DNA of 63,459 nucleotides, filler included, from Bonamia ostreae (Eukaryota): NCBI GenBank assembly GCA_040357525.1. It is 35 parts of 35 records of this genome, joined end to end, with 100 filler letters (N's around TTAATTAATTAA, not from the genome) between each part and the next. Parts side by side here need not be neighbours in the genome. Positions count along the whole stretch, not along the records: positions 61,757 to 63,459 come from JBDODL010001426.1; 34 more parts are not named here. One strand, 5' to 3'. Shown piece by piece: positions 62,856 to 63,459 of this stretch (position 1 is its first letter; each line of letters starts with the position of its first letter). The notes under the pieces were generated by a model. It saw only the letters and a program-made list of their open reading frames with translations, ran no database searches and was not told where the DNA came from. The position numbers and the translations under genes were made by a program.

Positions 62856-63459
62856 TTATGACCATTTCTGGCTAAACTTATTGGTTAAATATAGTTTAAT
62901 ATTTTTGACATAATCTGAAATTTACATTTTTGAAAATGGCCGTTTAGAAATTTAAAATTTGATGCAAAATCGATTTATTTTTTCTCAAATTTGGACAACC
63001 AAAAATTCTTTTCCGCTTCAAGTTCAGCTCTTTCTCTCTAAATTTTAAAATTTTCAACTTTAATTTTGAGTTGTTCAGATTCGACTTGGATCGACAAAGA
63101 ATTTAATCTATTTTTTTCATTTCGGTAATTTTTGTTTTCGTTTTCCATTTTTTCCATTTTCTCAACCATTTTTAACATTTTTTGGCTAAATTTTTAAGAA
63201 AAAAAAAACTTTTGGTTTATTTGATTTTTGGCAAAATTTTGATTATTTTCGGCATTTTTTTCTGTTTTTGGAGTATTTTGATGTTTTATCTTTTAATTTT
63301 GAAATTCAAACTTTGTCGGAAATGTAATTTAGTCCTGATTGAATTCCTTCTTCGAAAACGTCTCCAAAGGCCGAAAATGGCAATTCTGAATAATCGTCTT
63401 CCAAATCAAATAAAATGTTTTTCTTTTTTTTTTAATTTTAACAAAAATTTTCGTTCCAA

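Overview
This window is not a contiguous locus. It is 35 unrelated contigs of about 1.7 kb, sorted by decreasing length and joined by an artificial 100-bp spacer (N44-TTAATTAATTAA-N44). It mixes two eukaryotic genomes. Seventeen contigs are gene-poor, repeat-rich animal DNA with bivalve/oyster-like dispersed repeats, a WSC-type exon and a gypsy gag relic. Another seventeen come from a very compact, AT-rich protist genome; my inference is an ascetosporean oyster parasite such as Bonamia. One contig, a non-LTR retroelement relic, is unassigned. The protist contigs carry recognisable genes: RBX1, mitochondrial IF2, MLH1, SEY1/RHD3, SF1/BBP, COX19, CAPZA, two F-BAR-like genes, PLAC8, IRE1-like, a 3xRRM-CCCH protein, UTP18, GPN3, cullin/APC2-like, GBF1-like, importin-5-like, COPZ, ERG8-type phosphomevalonate kinase, MPV17 and two zf-4CXXC-R1 paralogues. 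The main result comes from splicing these genes by hand. About 50 GT-AG introns emerge, over half of them only 19-34 nt long. About 90% start with GTT (mostly GTTT) instead of the near-universal GTRAGT. They end almost only in AAG or TAG after an A-rich tract rather than a polypyrimidine tract. The window also encodes an SF1/branch-point-binding protein whose U2AF-binding tryptophan is replaced. Together these point to a rewired splice-site recognition system. All gene models are manual predictions without transcript data.
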